Source: Polymyxa betae A26-41 (Eukaryota > Protista > Endomyxa: Phytomyxea). From it: a DNA stretch of 64,000 nucleotides. Where the stretch lies: NCBI GenBank assembly GCA_003693705.1, contig RBZT01000125.1:467966-531965 (forward strand), read 5' to 3'. A program made the translations under genes and the position numbers. Under the pieces are notes generated by a model. It ran no database searches and had not been told where the DNA came from. It saw nothing but the letters and a program-made list of their open reading frames with translations. Below are positions 1 to 10,600 of this stretch, one piece after another. Position 1 is the first letter of the stretch, and each line of letters opens with the position of its first letter.

Positions 1-78
1 GCCGCTCGTTCCAGGACGCTGGTCTTGATACGTCTCGCTGCATTCCTGCTCTTCAATGATAAGCTCAGGGACCCGCAT
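1..78 (-). CDS. Possible 5' end of a gene running off the left edge (MRVPELIIEEQECSETYQDQRPGTSG...)
   Basis: ATG at 76-78 (minus) and an open frame to base 1; no recognisable motif. Confidence 0.3.
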   Translation of the reverse strand, partial: MRVPELIIEEQECSETYQDQRPGTSG

Positions 79-1318
79 GATGACAGTGATAACTGATGCC
101 GAGTAACCGAATATCGAGTATGAGATGTTCTTCGGACCACAAGTCTCTCTACACTCTACACAGTGAAAAGCGCCGCGTTGCCCCGTTCTCCGTGCCACTG
201 CGCGAACTGTGCCCTCCCCACACTGGTCTGCAAAAAACAATAGAGGCTTGATTATATCAAGCCTTGACGGTGTAGCCTTTAAAGTCGGCCATACTGTGCA
301 ATTGGAGGCTGCCTTCTGATTTTGCTTTGTCTGGTGGTCCATACAGCATGCTGTCTATTCCAGCGCTTGCATAACAACTTTACGTATCAGCAATGCTAAT
401 AAAGTAGTGCCTTCTGTACTGAAAAACTTTCATGATCTGAAAACCTCAAAAACGTTATAGTCAATTCCGGTTTATTGAGTACTGTATGGCCAGTATGGGT
501 GACGAGAATTAACTGGGCATTCTCAAAAGTGCGCGATGCCCAGTTCGAGGAATTGCAAGAATGAAGCGGTTTTCACCGTACAGCTAAAGTTGGAGGCACC
601 GTATTAAACAGATTAAACAAAAAAATTGTGCGATTTCTGATCGAAAGTACTTGCAGAGCGATCTTGAGTCAGCATTGAAATCCATTGCTGTAGAAACAAT
701 ATCTTCAAAAGCAATGCGAACGGCCAATGATCTCATGAAGATTATTGGTCTTGTTCGGGAGACTCGCTACCTTGAACCCCTTTATCAGGGTTTGTGCTGA
801 GGAGTTCCTTTGTTAGCCGGCCTTATCAGCGGTTAGTGCGCGACGCACAGCCAGGCATACTTTTGATTTAAAAGTAGCGCCATGGCGGAAAAAGCAGATT
901 CGGAGAATCGTTTAATTAATTCTGTGTTTATTTACTTTGGATGTGTACCGATACCAGTCGCTTCTTTCTGCATTTAGTTCTTCAAATGGCCTCAGCCATG
1001 AGCTGCTACGACATTCGGGAGCATTATCTACTCGGACGGTTCTGCAAGAAAAGAGATCGTCGAACACGAACCACATGCCATTTGGGGATTTCGCTGCGAT
1101 TTTTCCAACTAAAATCCCTCAATCGTTATCCAGCATATCGTTAGCTCGTGGTCAACGTCTACGCAGTGATATAAAGTACCAAACATGGCGCACTTTCGAA
1201 AATGCCAAGTTCTGAATGCCCTGTAATTCTGGTCCCGCCCCCCTTGATATAATTGCGAACGACTTTGACTTAATGCGAGACTGAGACTGTCGAGTATTAT
1301 GTTATAGCGGACGCTCTC

Positions 1319-2116
1319 ATGGTGTCAAGATGGACAATCGTCTTGTTTGTGGTTGTCGTCGTCCAGGTTCAGTACTGTATCAGTGCGGAAGTAGATACGC
1401 ATGTGAATCTGAATAAGCATCTTTTGAAACCCATGCAATCAGTTCGACCTTCATCTGAACAAGTCGCCGACTGGCTGAGTCACTTGCCATCCCTATCGAT
1501 TCTCCGTAATCGCTACCAACACAATCGTCACCAAGCATCACAAGGACCACCGAGGCCAATATGTGTTAAACGTAAGCAGACACCTAATCGTTTCATACGT
1601 TTTATCAAGAAACTTCTTCCCGGTTGGACTAATTTCAGCTTTACAAGATGGTGTTTAACGCCAATATGTGGTCAAAAGCCTGATGATGATGACAGCTCCT
1701 CAACATCTTCATTCGGTTACGTAAGCGCTTGCCAGATATCGTTACCATATGTAAGCTCTCTCAGCTCTGGCGGTGGTGATATCGTCTTGGAAATTAATCC
1801 CAACGATGGAACTTACACAATCCGTCGATTTTCAACACCAGATTCGAGTTCTGTCTTGGAAAGCTTCTCGGGTCCACTAGAATCGATGGGTTCCAGCTTT
1901 CGATCCGCTCAGCAATCGCTCACGCCTCGACGGCTATCGGTGGGAGAATCGAGCTTCCGGTTCGATTCGAGACCGCACAGCCCCATTCACTTCTCACCCA
2001 GCCCCATGCACTTCTCATTTGGAGAATCAAGTACCCAATGCGAGCGTATCGATGAGGAGGACGTCTCTAGCGAGCTCACGTTCCGCATACCTCCGGTATT
2101 CTGCAGTGATTTATGA
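1319..2116 (+). CDS. Intronless secreted protein of unknown function (effector candidate), 265 aa
   Basis: Long ORF; N-terminal signal-peptide pattern MVSRWTIVLFVVVVVQVQYCISA; Ser-rich low-complexity C-terminal half. Confidence 0.65.
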   Translation: MVSRWTIVLFVVVVVQVQYCISAEVDTHVNLNKHLLKPMQSVRPSSEQVADWLSHLPSLSILRNRYQHNRHQASQGPPRPICVKRKQTPNRFIRFIKKLLPGWTNFSFTRWCLTPICGQKPDDDDSSSTSSFGYVSACQISLPYVSSLSSGGGDIVLEINPNDGTYTIRRFSTPDSSSVLESFSGPLESMGSSFRSAQQSLTPRRLSVGESSFRFDSRPHSPIHFSPSPMHFSFGESSTQCERIDEEDVSSELTFRIPPVFCSDL

Positions 2117-2385
2117 CCTACTATAAATTCTGTACATACATGTACAAACACTATAGAATCGTCTTTAACCAATGGTCGTTAGGCACCACATGGTTTGCCT
2201 GCAGGCAGTAGCCTGCCCTACAGGGAGACTCCAACATCTTATCTGATGAACAGCAACTGGCTGAATTCACCCAAACAGACTCCTGCTGTAATGTTACAGC
2301 TGCAGCCTGCATCATTGGTTGGCTGCGCCCATCCTACTTTGAAACTGTCTGTCTGTGTTCAGAACACAATCCAACAATTCTTCTG

Positions 2386-3426
2386 ATGACAAAGCCTGTC
2401 TTTGTCTTGACCCAATCTGTCGTCGATCCAACCGAATCCCGAATCGATCCGGCGACCGGCACCCGTTACGTCGATGTTGATGTTGCGACGGCCGACGTAC
2501 ACATTGCCGGGGAATCGGCGGCCGGAGTCATCGACAACTTCGACGAGATTAGGCCCCTTCCATATCCGCTTCGAGTTCAGCGAATGCTTCTTGATGATGT
2601 GACCTTCGACCGAAATGAGCTCCAGGAGCTGATCGATTCGTGTCGGCCGCGGTCGTTGAGTATACAGAACTGCCGAGGCCTGACACTGAGGCATATTCCC
2701 ATATCGATCCAGCAGCTCGATCTATCAGGTAATCACGAGCTATTCATGGCTTCTGATGTATCCATTATAATCGACTGTCTGCCACAACTCAATCTCTTGT
2801 GCCTGGAACATTGCGAGCTATCAAAAGAACAGTGTGCGACACTGGCTGCTGCTGTCTCTCGAGCTCCCAATCTGAAGCATCTCAATATGGCTGGAAATGA
2901 TATTGGAAACGTTGGAATTGAGATTCTAAGCTTCAATCTGAAGATGTCAAGATCAATCGAAGAGCTAATTGTTGCAGAATGTAACATCTCTGAAAGCGGT
3001 GCCATTTGTCTAGCATCGCATCTACCAGAACTGGACAACCTTCGTATGCTGGACCTGGAACTAAACCAGTTACGAACAGAGGGCGTTCATGCCATCGTAC
3101 AATCGCTTGTACGCTGCCAAAACCTTCAGCGCATCAATTTGGCACAATGCGGATGTAGCGATGTTCACCATCTTCTGAGCTCGTGCACCAATCAGACACT
3201 TCTGGAAGTGGATATCGATCAAGCACCAGATGCCCAGGAAGTGATCGCTGCCTTCACATCACGAAATCTGGCCTCTACTGTGTCACAGACAAGATGCCTG
3301 TTTTTAGGCTCAGAAATCGTCCGGAAATTTACTTCTAGTCCGACATTCGACCGAAGCCTACTGCATAAGATCTTCTCTATGTGTCCTCCGATTTGCCCAT
3401 TTCCAAAACGAAGGCATTCTTCATAG
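2386..3426 (+). CDS. Ribonuclease-inhibitor-type leucine-rich repeat protein, intronless, 346 aa
   Basis: Repeated 28-aa RI-like units (LKHLNMAGNDIGNVGIEIL, LRMLDLELNQLRTEGVHAI, LQRINLAQCGC). Confidence 0.88.
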   Translation: MTKPVFVLTQSVVDPTESRIDPATGTRYVDVDVATADVHIAGESAAGVIDNFDEIRPLPYPLRVQRMLLDDVTFDRNELQELIDSCRPRSLSIQNCRGLTLRHIPISIQQLDLSGNHELFMASDVSIIIDCLPQLNLLCLEHCELSKEQCATLAAAVSRAPNLKHLNMAGNDIGNVGIEILSFNLKMSRSIEELIVAECNISESGAICLASHLPELDNLRMLDLELNQLRTEGVHAIVQSLVRCQNLQRINLAQCGCSDVHHLLSSCTNQTLLEVDIDQAPDAQEVIAAFTSRNLASTVSQTRCLFLGSEIVRKFTSSPTFDRSLLHKIFSMCPPICPFPKRRHSS

Positions 3427-3450
3427 GTCGCTTGTGAACACGTTCGCTGA

Positions 3451-5756
3451 TTATTGCCCCTTTCCAAGCAATGGCGAAATGCGCGATATCCAGGTCGCTC
3501 TGGATTGCTCATTTTCAGCTACGAACGTGACATCCTGATTCGGTGTAGAGAGCTTCATATCGAAAGCGTCTGCTGTAGTGTCCAACGTGGTCTCGCTGAG
3601 GTACATAACACCTAAGATTTGAACTGAATTAAGGTTCGAACGGGATCGGTTGGACGCCGAACCTTTAAATTTATGGGACGTGCTGGTCCACAGACAAATA
3701 TCACTAAATAGGTATGCAACGCAATCAACTGTGGACCTGCCAATTGGCGAGAATCCCGACAGCTGTTTGCGGACTGCCAGATGCCCTTCATGCACCAGTG
3801 TCCTTCCTGGTTTGATTAACGACGCCTCATCGTCGTATCCCACAAGACGATTTTGTATCTGGATGATCTGGGGAGTGTTTGTATCATGATTTTAAGTCAA
3901 CATCTAAAACTATTGTTACCTTCGTGACGTTCTCAAAATTTGCTTTAGCCGAGTTGATATGCGATGTTATCTTCTCAATGCGTTCTGTAGCTGTTGCTAA
4001 AGCTGGATAATCATGGTGGAAGTCGGGCGTGTTCTTCCTCAGCTCTCTCAGCAACAGCAAATACCTCGGGACGCGTTGAATTGGCATGATCATGAAACTC
4101 TCCAGCGCTGCCACATTCGGATTCGCCGCCTTCACTTTCTGTACGAACGACTGGAACTTCTTGCTGTTCCTCAGAGCACCCAACACTTGTAAGATGTTGT
4201 CATAGCTGTTCACGAACACCGTGTACATCTTCAAGAAGTCGCCTGTTTCATGTCAAGTTAAACCTGGACCAGCACCGTCCCATGCGTCTAACCAAACTTC
4301 ACGAAAGTTGCTCCAACGTCCCTGGCTGATCTCAGCTGCGGTAGGAGCGCATCATGCAGGTTAGTAATAATCGTGAGGCTCTTGAAGGATAGCATATCGA
4401 TCTCCTTCATTGTTAAGCCATTGGAGCGATTCTGTGCCGAAGCAGTCATGGGTTCGATCCAGATTTTCTCTAGCTGATGCAGGCTGCTCAGATATGATTC
4501 TTCCGTCTGAGAGAGGAACACCCTCAAACGTCATTCCAACAATCGATGGCCATCAATACACCAAACCTGAATGAGTTCGTTGATAATCAAGGTTCTCTTG
4601 CGCTCCATGGATTCTTCCGATCCCCATTTAGCAATGGTGTTCTGACCCCAGAGCTGTAGCTCCGATTTCTCTGCTTTAACCTCACCAACATCTTGTTCTT
4701 TGATGGTGTCGGCTTGTTGTTGTTGTTGTTGTTGTTGTTTCTCTTTCGTCAAGTCCAGGCCCGAATCAAGTTTGTCATCGGGGTCCTCTGTGATCGAGAT
4801 GTCAGTCACCGAGTCGCTGAGGTGGAACACGAATCGAGGTTTGGGCGCCTGTACGCTGGCGACCCAGAAGAGATATAGGAGTGTTAGTTGTAGAAAGAGG
4901 AATAGCCAGGCTGCAATCACTTCCATAACTGTATAATGACATCATACATAGGTCGAAGGAGTCGGCACGCGTCCATCCCATCTTGTGTTTCAGACATGAA
5001 AACACATCATATTCGACATCATTAGTTGAACCAGATTCGCCTGTTTTAATTACAGAAATGATGGTAGCTCATAGGAGCAGCCAGCTTTTGCAGATGATGA
5101 TGTGATGCCTGCAATCGTTGTACATAAATCATGAGCAGAATCTGTGAACGACCAGAAAGCAGCGTTTTTTTGCAGCATTGTTAATTGTAGGATCTTGGCT
5201 GGAAGATATCATGTCTTTCGTCTAGCGAATCGGCATGGCTCTGAATGCATCTGCATAGATCTAATCAGATCCGTGTTTCGATGTGGCATATTTAACAGGG
5301 CCGCCTGACGTAACGCTGCCAACATGGGTGACGTGCGCTTCTTGAGCGCGACGATGGGCGGCTGCCGGGCCGGTATCACCTGCTGCGAACGGGATCGCGG
5401 TAATCTCGGAATGGCAGCCATTAGGGATGTCGCTTGCAATGAGAGTGGCTTCAACGTGGTCGTCGGCAGCGAATCCGTTGCTGACAAAGCCACCGGGTCG
5501 CCTTTCAGCTGGTCCAAGATCGAGACCGAGGGCGGATCCACCCGCGGCGGCGCCCGCCGCTTCAGATTCGGGACCACGCGAAGCACCGATAGGTCGAACT
5601 GCTGGCCCACCGTCCCTGCCAGAGCCGTTGATTTCCGGATCTGGGGCTGGGCCGGCACCACACCGGCCAGTACGTCGGCGAAGGCGACCGCTCTGAGGTC
5701 GGCTCCGGTACCGACCGGTCTCTCGATATATCGGTGAATGCAGTCCTACGATCCAT
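3451..5756 (-). CDS. Dbl-family RhoGEF (DH-PH), multi-exon; 5' end uncertain
   Basis: DH motifs INELIQ/TEESYLSSL and IMPIQRVPRYLLLLREL..TP..H.DY; C-terminal PH (YLFSDICLW ... RATW); GT-AG introns such as 3612-3662; stop at 3451. Linking the upstream ORFs at 4531-5756 is inferred. Confidence 0.85.
4715..4739. repeat. (TTG)n microsatellite encoding a poly-Gln tract in the RhoGEF
   Basis: ttgttgttg... run; QQQQQQQQ in ORF 4531-4926 (-). Confidence 0.85.
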
Positions 5757-5886
5757 AATCAGGTCGGCAATGTATGGCTGGGGGGGGGGGGCCAGTATGA
5801 CTGACCCGTATCTGGTCGAGGGCAGCGTCAGTACCGGGCGTCATGGCGTCGCCACGTCTGCAATGATCTGCTGGTACGGTCATTGA

Positions 5887-6576
5887 ATGGGCGGCGGCAG
5901 ATATCTGTTGGTGAGGTCGTCGTCGGTGTCGTGTCGGGCAGTCTGGGCTCTCGTTATAGCCCATCCTGATTGTCACGTTCATGTCATCGATCTCGATCAG
6001 GGTTCTGCTCCTGCTCCAGGGACGCCCCAGGACCTTCCGCAGCCGAAGCGTGTCCCATGCCTGTACGACCCGCCCGTCACGCTCTACGAATCGCACGCCA
6101 TCTTGCGGTATCTGGGCGCTAGCAGCCAGTTCTATTCAGACGATCTGATCGTTAGAGCGAAGATTGATGAGATTATGGTATTTATGCTATATACATATAG
6201 TAGGCGATGTTCTCTAAATGGATCGTTATTACAGGATTATCAAGGTCGAGTTGTGAATGTATTGATTCAGAGATGCATCATGCCGATTCTGTTCCCAACA
6301 TTATTCGGAGCGGATACATTAACGAATACGAGCGAGATGATCATGAGAGAGATACCAAATCTGTATGAATCTCTACACTATCTACAAGACAGATTACAGG
6401 CTCCAGGACCCTATCTGATTGGAACCCACCCGACCATCGCCGATCTGTCTATGGTCGGCGTCCTTCAGGTCCTACAGCATCCCAAGATCGCATTCGACCT
6501 GGAACCATTTGCTAGCATCAAGCACTGGATGCAATTGATACAGCAGGAGAAATACTGGCCCCAGCAGGAATCCTGA
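5887..6576 (+). CDS. Glutathione S-transferase (theta/delta-like)
   Basis: SxSCRAV, RVPCL, LYESHAILRYL and YLIGTHPTIADL motifs; a 57-nt stop-free intron at 6178-6234 is read through in the ORF track. Confidence 0.88.
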   Translation: MGGGRYLLVRSSSVSCRAVWALVIAHPDCHVHVIDLDQGSAPAPGTPQDLPQPKRVPCLYDPPVTLYESHAILRYLGASSQFYSDDLIVRAKIDEIMVFMLYTYSRRCSLNGSLLQDYQGRVVNVLIQRCIMPILFPTLFGADTLTNTSEMIMREIPNLYESLHYLQDRLQAPGPYLIGTHPTIADLSMVGVLQVLQHPKIAFDLEPFASIKHWMQLIQQEKYWPQQES

Positions 6577-6699
6577 TTACGAGCCCCAGTTGTTTGGATG
6601 TTAGATGCTCTCTAGTTTACGTTACATAAACTTTTTCGACAAATTTGTGGAAACTCTCGATTTTTTTTTGATGCGGACCCGAACGCGGATGCAGAGTTG

Positions 6700-7634
6700 A
6701 TGCAAGCCGACCATAGCCCAGATGGGGCGTTCATGCCGCCATCAGAGCCGTTACATAGAGACAATGGGTCTAGGACCGAGTTCGAAAGGGCCATAATGGA
6801 ACAAATAGATTCGATCGGGGAGACTGTCAACATGCTGGCCAGCACCGTCGAGTCCATTGAACTCAAACTTGACGAATTCATCCAGATTCGCGGCGGAAAA
6901 CCACGCCCGGATCCTAAACAGCACAATCGAACGAATCCGAACTGGTCTGCGCCTTTACCCGAGCCACAACCTCCTGATTCTGTTTTGAATGTTTACGAGC
7001 ATGAAGACAGTGCCGCCTTTCTTTCATTAACCGTAATGCATGTCAGTTGATAATAACTGGCACTAATTTGGTTACAGAGCGAACAGCGGCCGCCGCGCGA
7101 ATCTCAATCTGAAAAATTGCTTGCGAATGCTTTAAATAAGATCTTGGTCTCGCTACCGTCGCAATGTGTATGTTTGTGGTTGAAGTTCAGATAGATCCAT
7201 ATGTCAACATAATCTTATTCAGGACGGTGTTGATAATGTGTACGAGGAAATTAAGTTGTTCGTAGCGCTGACCATGAATCTGATTACCGGTATTACGCCC
7301 CAGGGTATCATCTCCCGTGCTTTGATGCCCTGTTAGTTGAAATCCACACTCTCCTGAACTCCTCATTTAAGCAATCTGTCTAGATCTACTTATGACCACA
7401 GGAAGGTCGCCTTCCTTGCTCCATCGAATATGGAACGATATGTCGGCTGTCACAGGTTGCAACGAAGATGAAATTCGACGCACTTTCAAGCGAATGATCG
7501 ATACACATTGTCGAGGGTTCAGGCGGAAAATGATGTCGCTAGAGCAGTTTCCGGCATCAATATTGCATGTGACCAAGTGGGTCAAGACAAATGTTCTAAA
7601 TCAAGTCGACGACCATCAGCTGAATTCCGATTGA
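6700..7634 (+). CDS. Hypothetical multi-exon protein with N-terminal coiled coil
   Basis: ORFs 6697-7050 and 7392-7634 with intervening GT-AG intron-like segments; no family recognised. Confidence 0.55.
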
Positions 7635-7693
7635 ATTCCCATGATGAGTTAATCAAATTGTGTTCTTTTAAGTCTATAAAACTAAATATCTGT

Positions 7694-10600
7694 CTACAGC
7701 TCAGTTTTTTCAGATGCAACTTCAGCATTAGACGCAGGAGATTCCGTGGCGTTCCTGCTGACTAAATTCGCTTCCTCGTTCAAAGCATTCCACTCAGGCA
7801 GCAATCTTCTAGCCCTTGATAATTTCGGTTCTTTTGTCATCGGATTATTGCATAGATCTATTGTCTTTGCTTCGTCTAACAATTAGTTAGTGGTTTGAAT
7901 TCAGTTATGATAGTGTCAATACTTAAGGATTCCATCGAACACCATGTTTCACACCATAGCCATTCTTGCGGCAACGAATATATCCCCACAACATGCTTAT
8001 ATTTGAATGAGCAAACCTCATGAAACGGTTCGCGAGTTCAATCATTACCTGTGCGTAATTCGGAAGGTCTTGATCAAGATTTGCTAGACTGTTCGGATCG
8101 GCAGACAGATTGTCATACATAGCACGCAATGTATCACCTGCTCGAATCTAAACCATAATTAACGAACACGCTCGGGTCGGAAATTGAACAGAGACTTAAC
8201 CTTTCTGAATTGTTTCAGATCTACGACATAGAGCGCTGAAATGTGATACTGCCTTCCTCGAAGATGTTCTTTCCAAAATCCGCCTTTCCAGAACCGGAAT
8301 CCTTTCATCGTATCAGGTAATGATGACCGAGAGGAGAAAATGGACAACCTTCGGTTAAAGTGTTACTGTCGCAGAATGGGGTATACGCGTATGGGTTGCC
8401 GTTCAAGTCAAGGTTCCATAATTCAGAGAGATCACCTCGAACTATCTGTTTTAAAGTTCAGCCCTGAGATTACGTTCGTATTTGTAACGCAGCGAACCTG
8501 ATCGGCATCGATAAAGATGATACGATCCAGGTTAATAGGAAACAGGACATCAAGAAAGAGAATCTTATACCCCCAAATAGTTCGTTGCTTTTCACGTTGT
8601 CTGCGTAACCATGATGGCCATTTATAGGTGACCAGCTCCACAGAGAATCCGTCTAAAAACTGTTAGCAGAATGAAACCAGTGCATATCAACGAACGTTGC
8701 TCAGCAAAGGAATTGATATTGGTCTTGAATTGGGGAGATAAGAACTGGCCGACAAACCAGAACTTGATCTTGTAGTTTGTTGATGACATACGTTTCGCCA
8801 CACTTAACATCATGATTCGCAGGAAACGTTCATATAAATGTCCCGAGGCAATACTGAAAATATGGATTGTTTCCTTATCCCCTGACTGTAAGAGCTTCAG
8901 TTAGTTTCAGTGAACAATAAAGGCGGTCAATACCTCGTTTCGGAATAACGAATTCCAAAATCCGCTTATCCTCGATGGAGAAGCATCCGGCTCAGTGAGC
9001 TCCAGAAGACTCCTCTACAATCAAAGTTATAAACATTAGATGGACACACAAATTGCTGACCATTTCCATTCCAGGACGGCGAACCAGAAACAACTGAAGA
9101 TGGGAGCGTGTGAAGCTTCTAACAGGAACTCGCACGCGATTAGACTGAAGGGAATATTCAATACAATCCAGTATCTTAGTTGTAGCGAACCTGATAAATG
9201 AGATCTGCAGAATGAATCGGTAACTGCTGATTGTCTGGGAACATGAACATTTCGGTGGCCTTTCCGGGAGCGAGTTTCAAATCAAAGACATTTGGAGTTG
9301 ACTAAAAATCACATTTTTGTCAGAGGTACTTCAGTTGCAACCACACCTACTTTCAGCTGGAAGTAACCGAGATTTTCCATCACAATGGTATCATAGTGCT
9401 TGTCAGATGATTCTAGCAAAATTTTTAAGCCTGCAGGAGGAGACGGATTTGGAGATAGTTCAAGACAAGTCCCGTATACTAATTCACATCTAAGTTGAGA
9501 TATCAAAACACGACTAGTTTACCTAAAAGGTTCTTTAGGTCAAAGGTCACCCTTTGTTGGTCCATTCCAGGATAAAGCTGCATGTTATCCAGGTCGATTT
9601 CCGCATAAGAAGATTCCACGAGCCAAGGTTCTGTGGTCTCCACAGAAAGAGTAAGGACGGGTGTTTTAGAAGGCAGAACAAAGTCTGCCTTAACATTGCT
9701 GACAATTTTTTTTAGATAAGACACCTATAGCCAAACGTCCAAGTACCTGAGATCAATAGTTCCGTCCGATTCGAAGCGCAATTCGGGTTCAAAGACATAG
9801 CGGTAATATCGTTTGATCGGCAATGAGGAAGTAACAGATGGTGGGTTAAATATCAGTGTAAGATCCCAGTTGAGCTTATCTCGTAACCCCAACAGGACTG
9901 ACGTAAGCAGCTGGCAAACTTCGCTGAGAGGAGAGATAACTGCAACAACCTAATCCATGTCAATTAAAACTCACCTTCAGCGACTCTGCCCAAACCTTAA
10001 AATGAGACGATGATGCGTAGCGTTTTGAAGCTGAAATCATAGAATCGAAATTTCTGAGAAATTCAATACCTCGCATTCGAGCACCTGAAAGCAGTGTTAG
10101 TTAACGAAAAAAATTGCAATGTGAATAATTAGACCAAGACAAGCTGTAGTGAGCATGTACTTCTCGACGTCATTCTTCAAGTCGTCGCTCAGTTCAAAGG
10201 CGAGTTGATCGAGCAGTTTGAATTCCGATTGCACCATCGGTCGGGTAACCTCAATAACGCGGCCATTAACGATCAAACTTGGACCCTCAACATTTGCTGT
10301 GATGTTATCAGGAACTTTATCTTTCGGGTAAATTGAGTGAAAACGCACTTAAAAGTTGAGGGCCCCATGTTGATGAGCTGGCTGTCAAAACATCCGGGTC
10401 TTCAGCTCCCCACGATATTACTCTTTTCCGGAAGGTTTCAGAATTCTCAGAAAGCCTCAAACATAATAACTTGATGATTTTGGATACAGCATCCAACGGT
10501 TCCTGAATTTTCCTGACCAGATCCATTACCAATGAATTAGCAGTAAATCCACTATCAGCGGATGAGCCATATGTGACGAAAGCGAGGCGCTTTCCAGATC

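Noticed and set aside
511-545. Inverted repeat AACTGGGCAT...ATGCCCAGTT (10-bp stem)
   Set aside because: A single short hairpin with no target-site duplication, partner or U-tract; no function supportable.
937-1215. ORF containing SHELLRHSGA, reminiscent of the tyrosine-recombinase HxLRH box
   Set aside because: Spacing is off by one residue and no other YR motif is recognisable; TTG start; likely spurious or too decayed to call.
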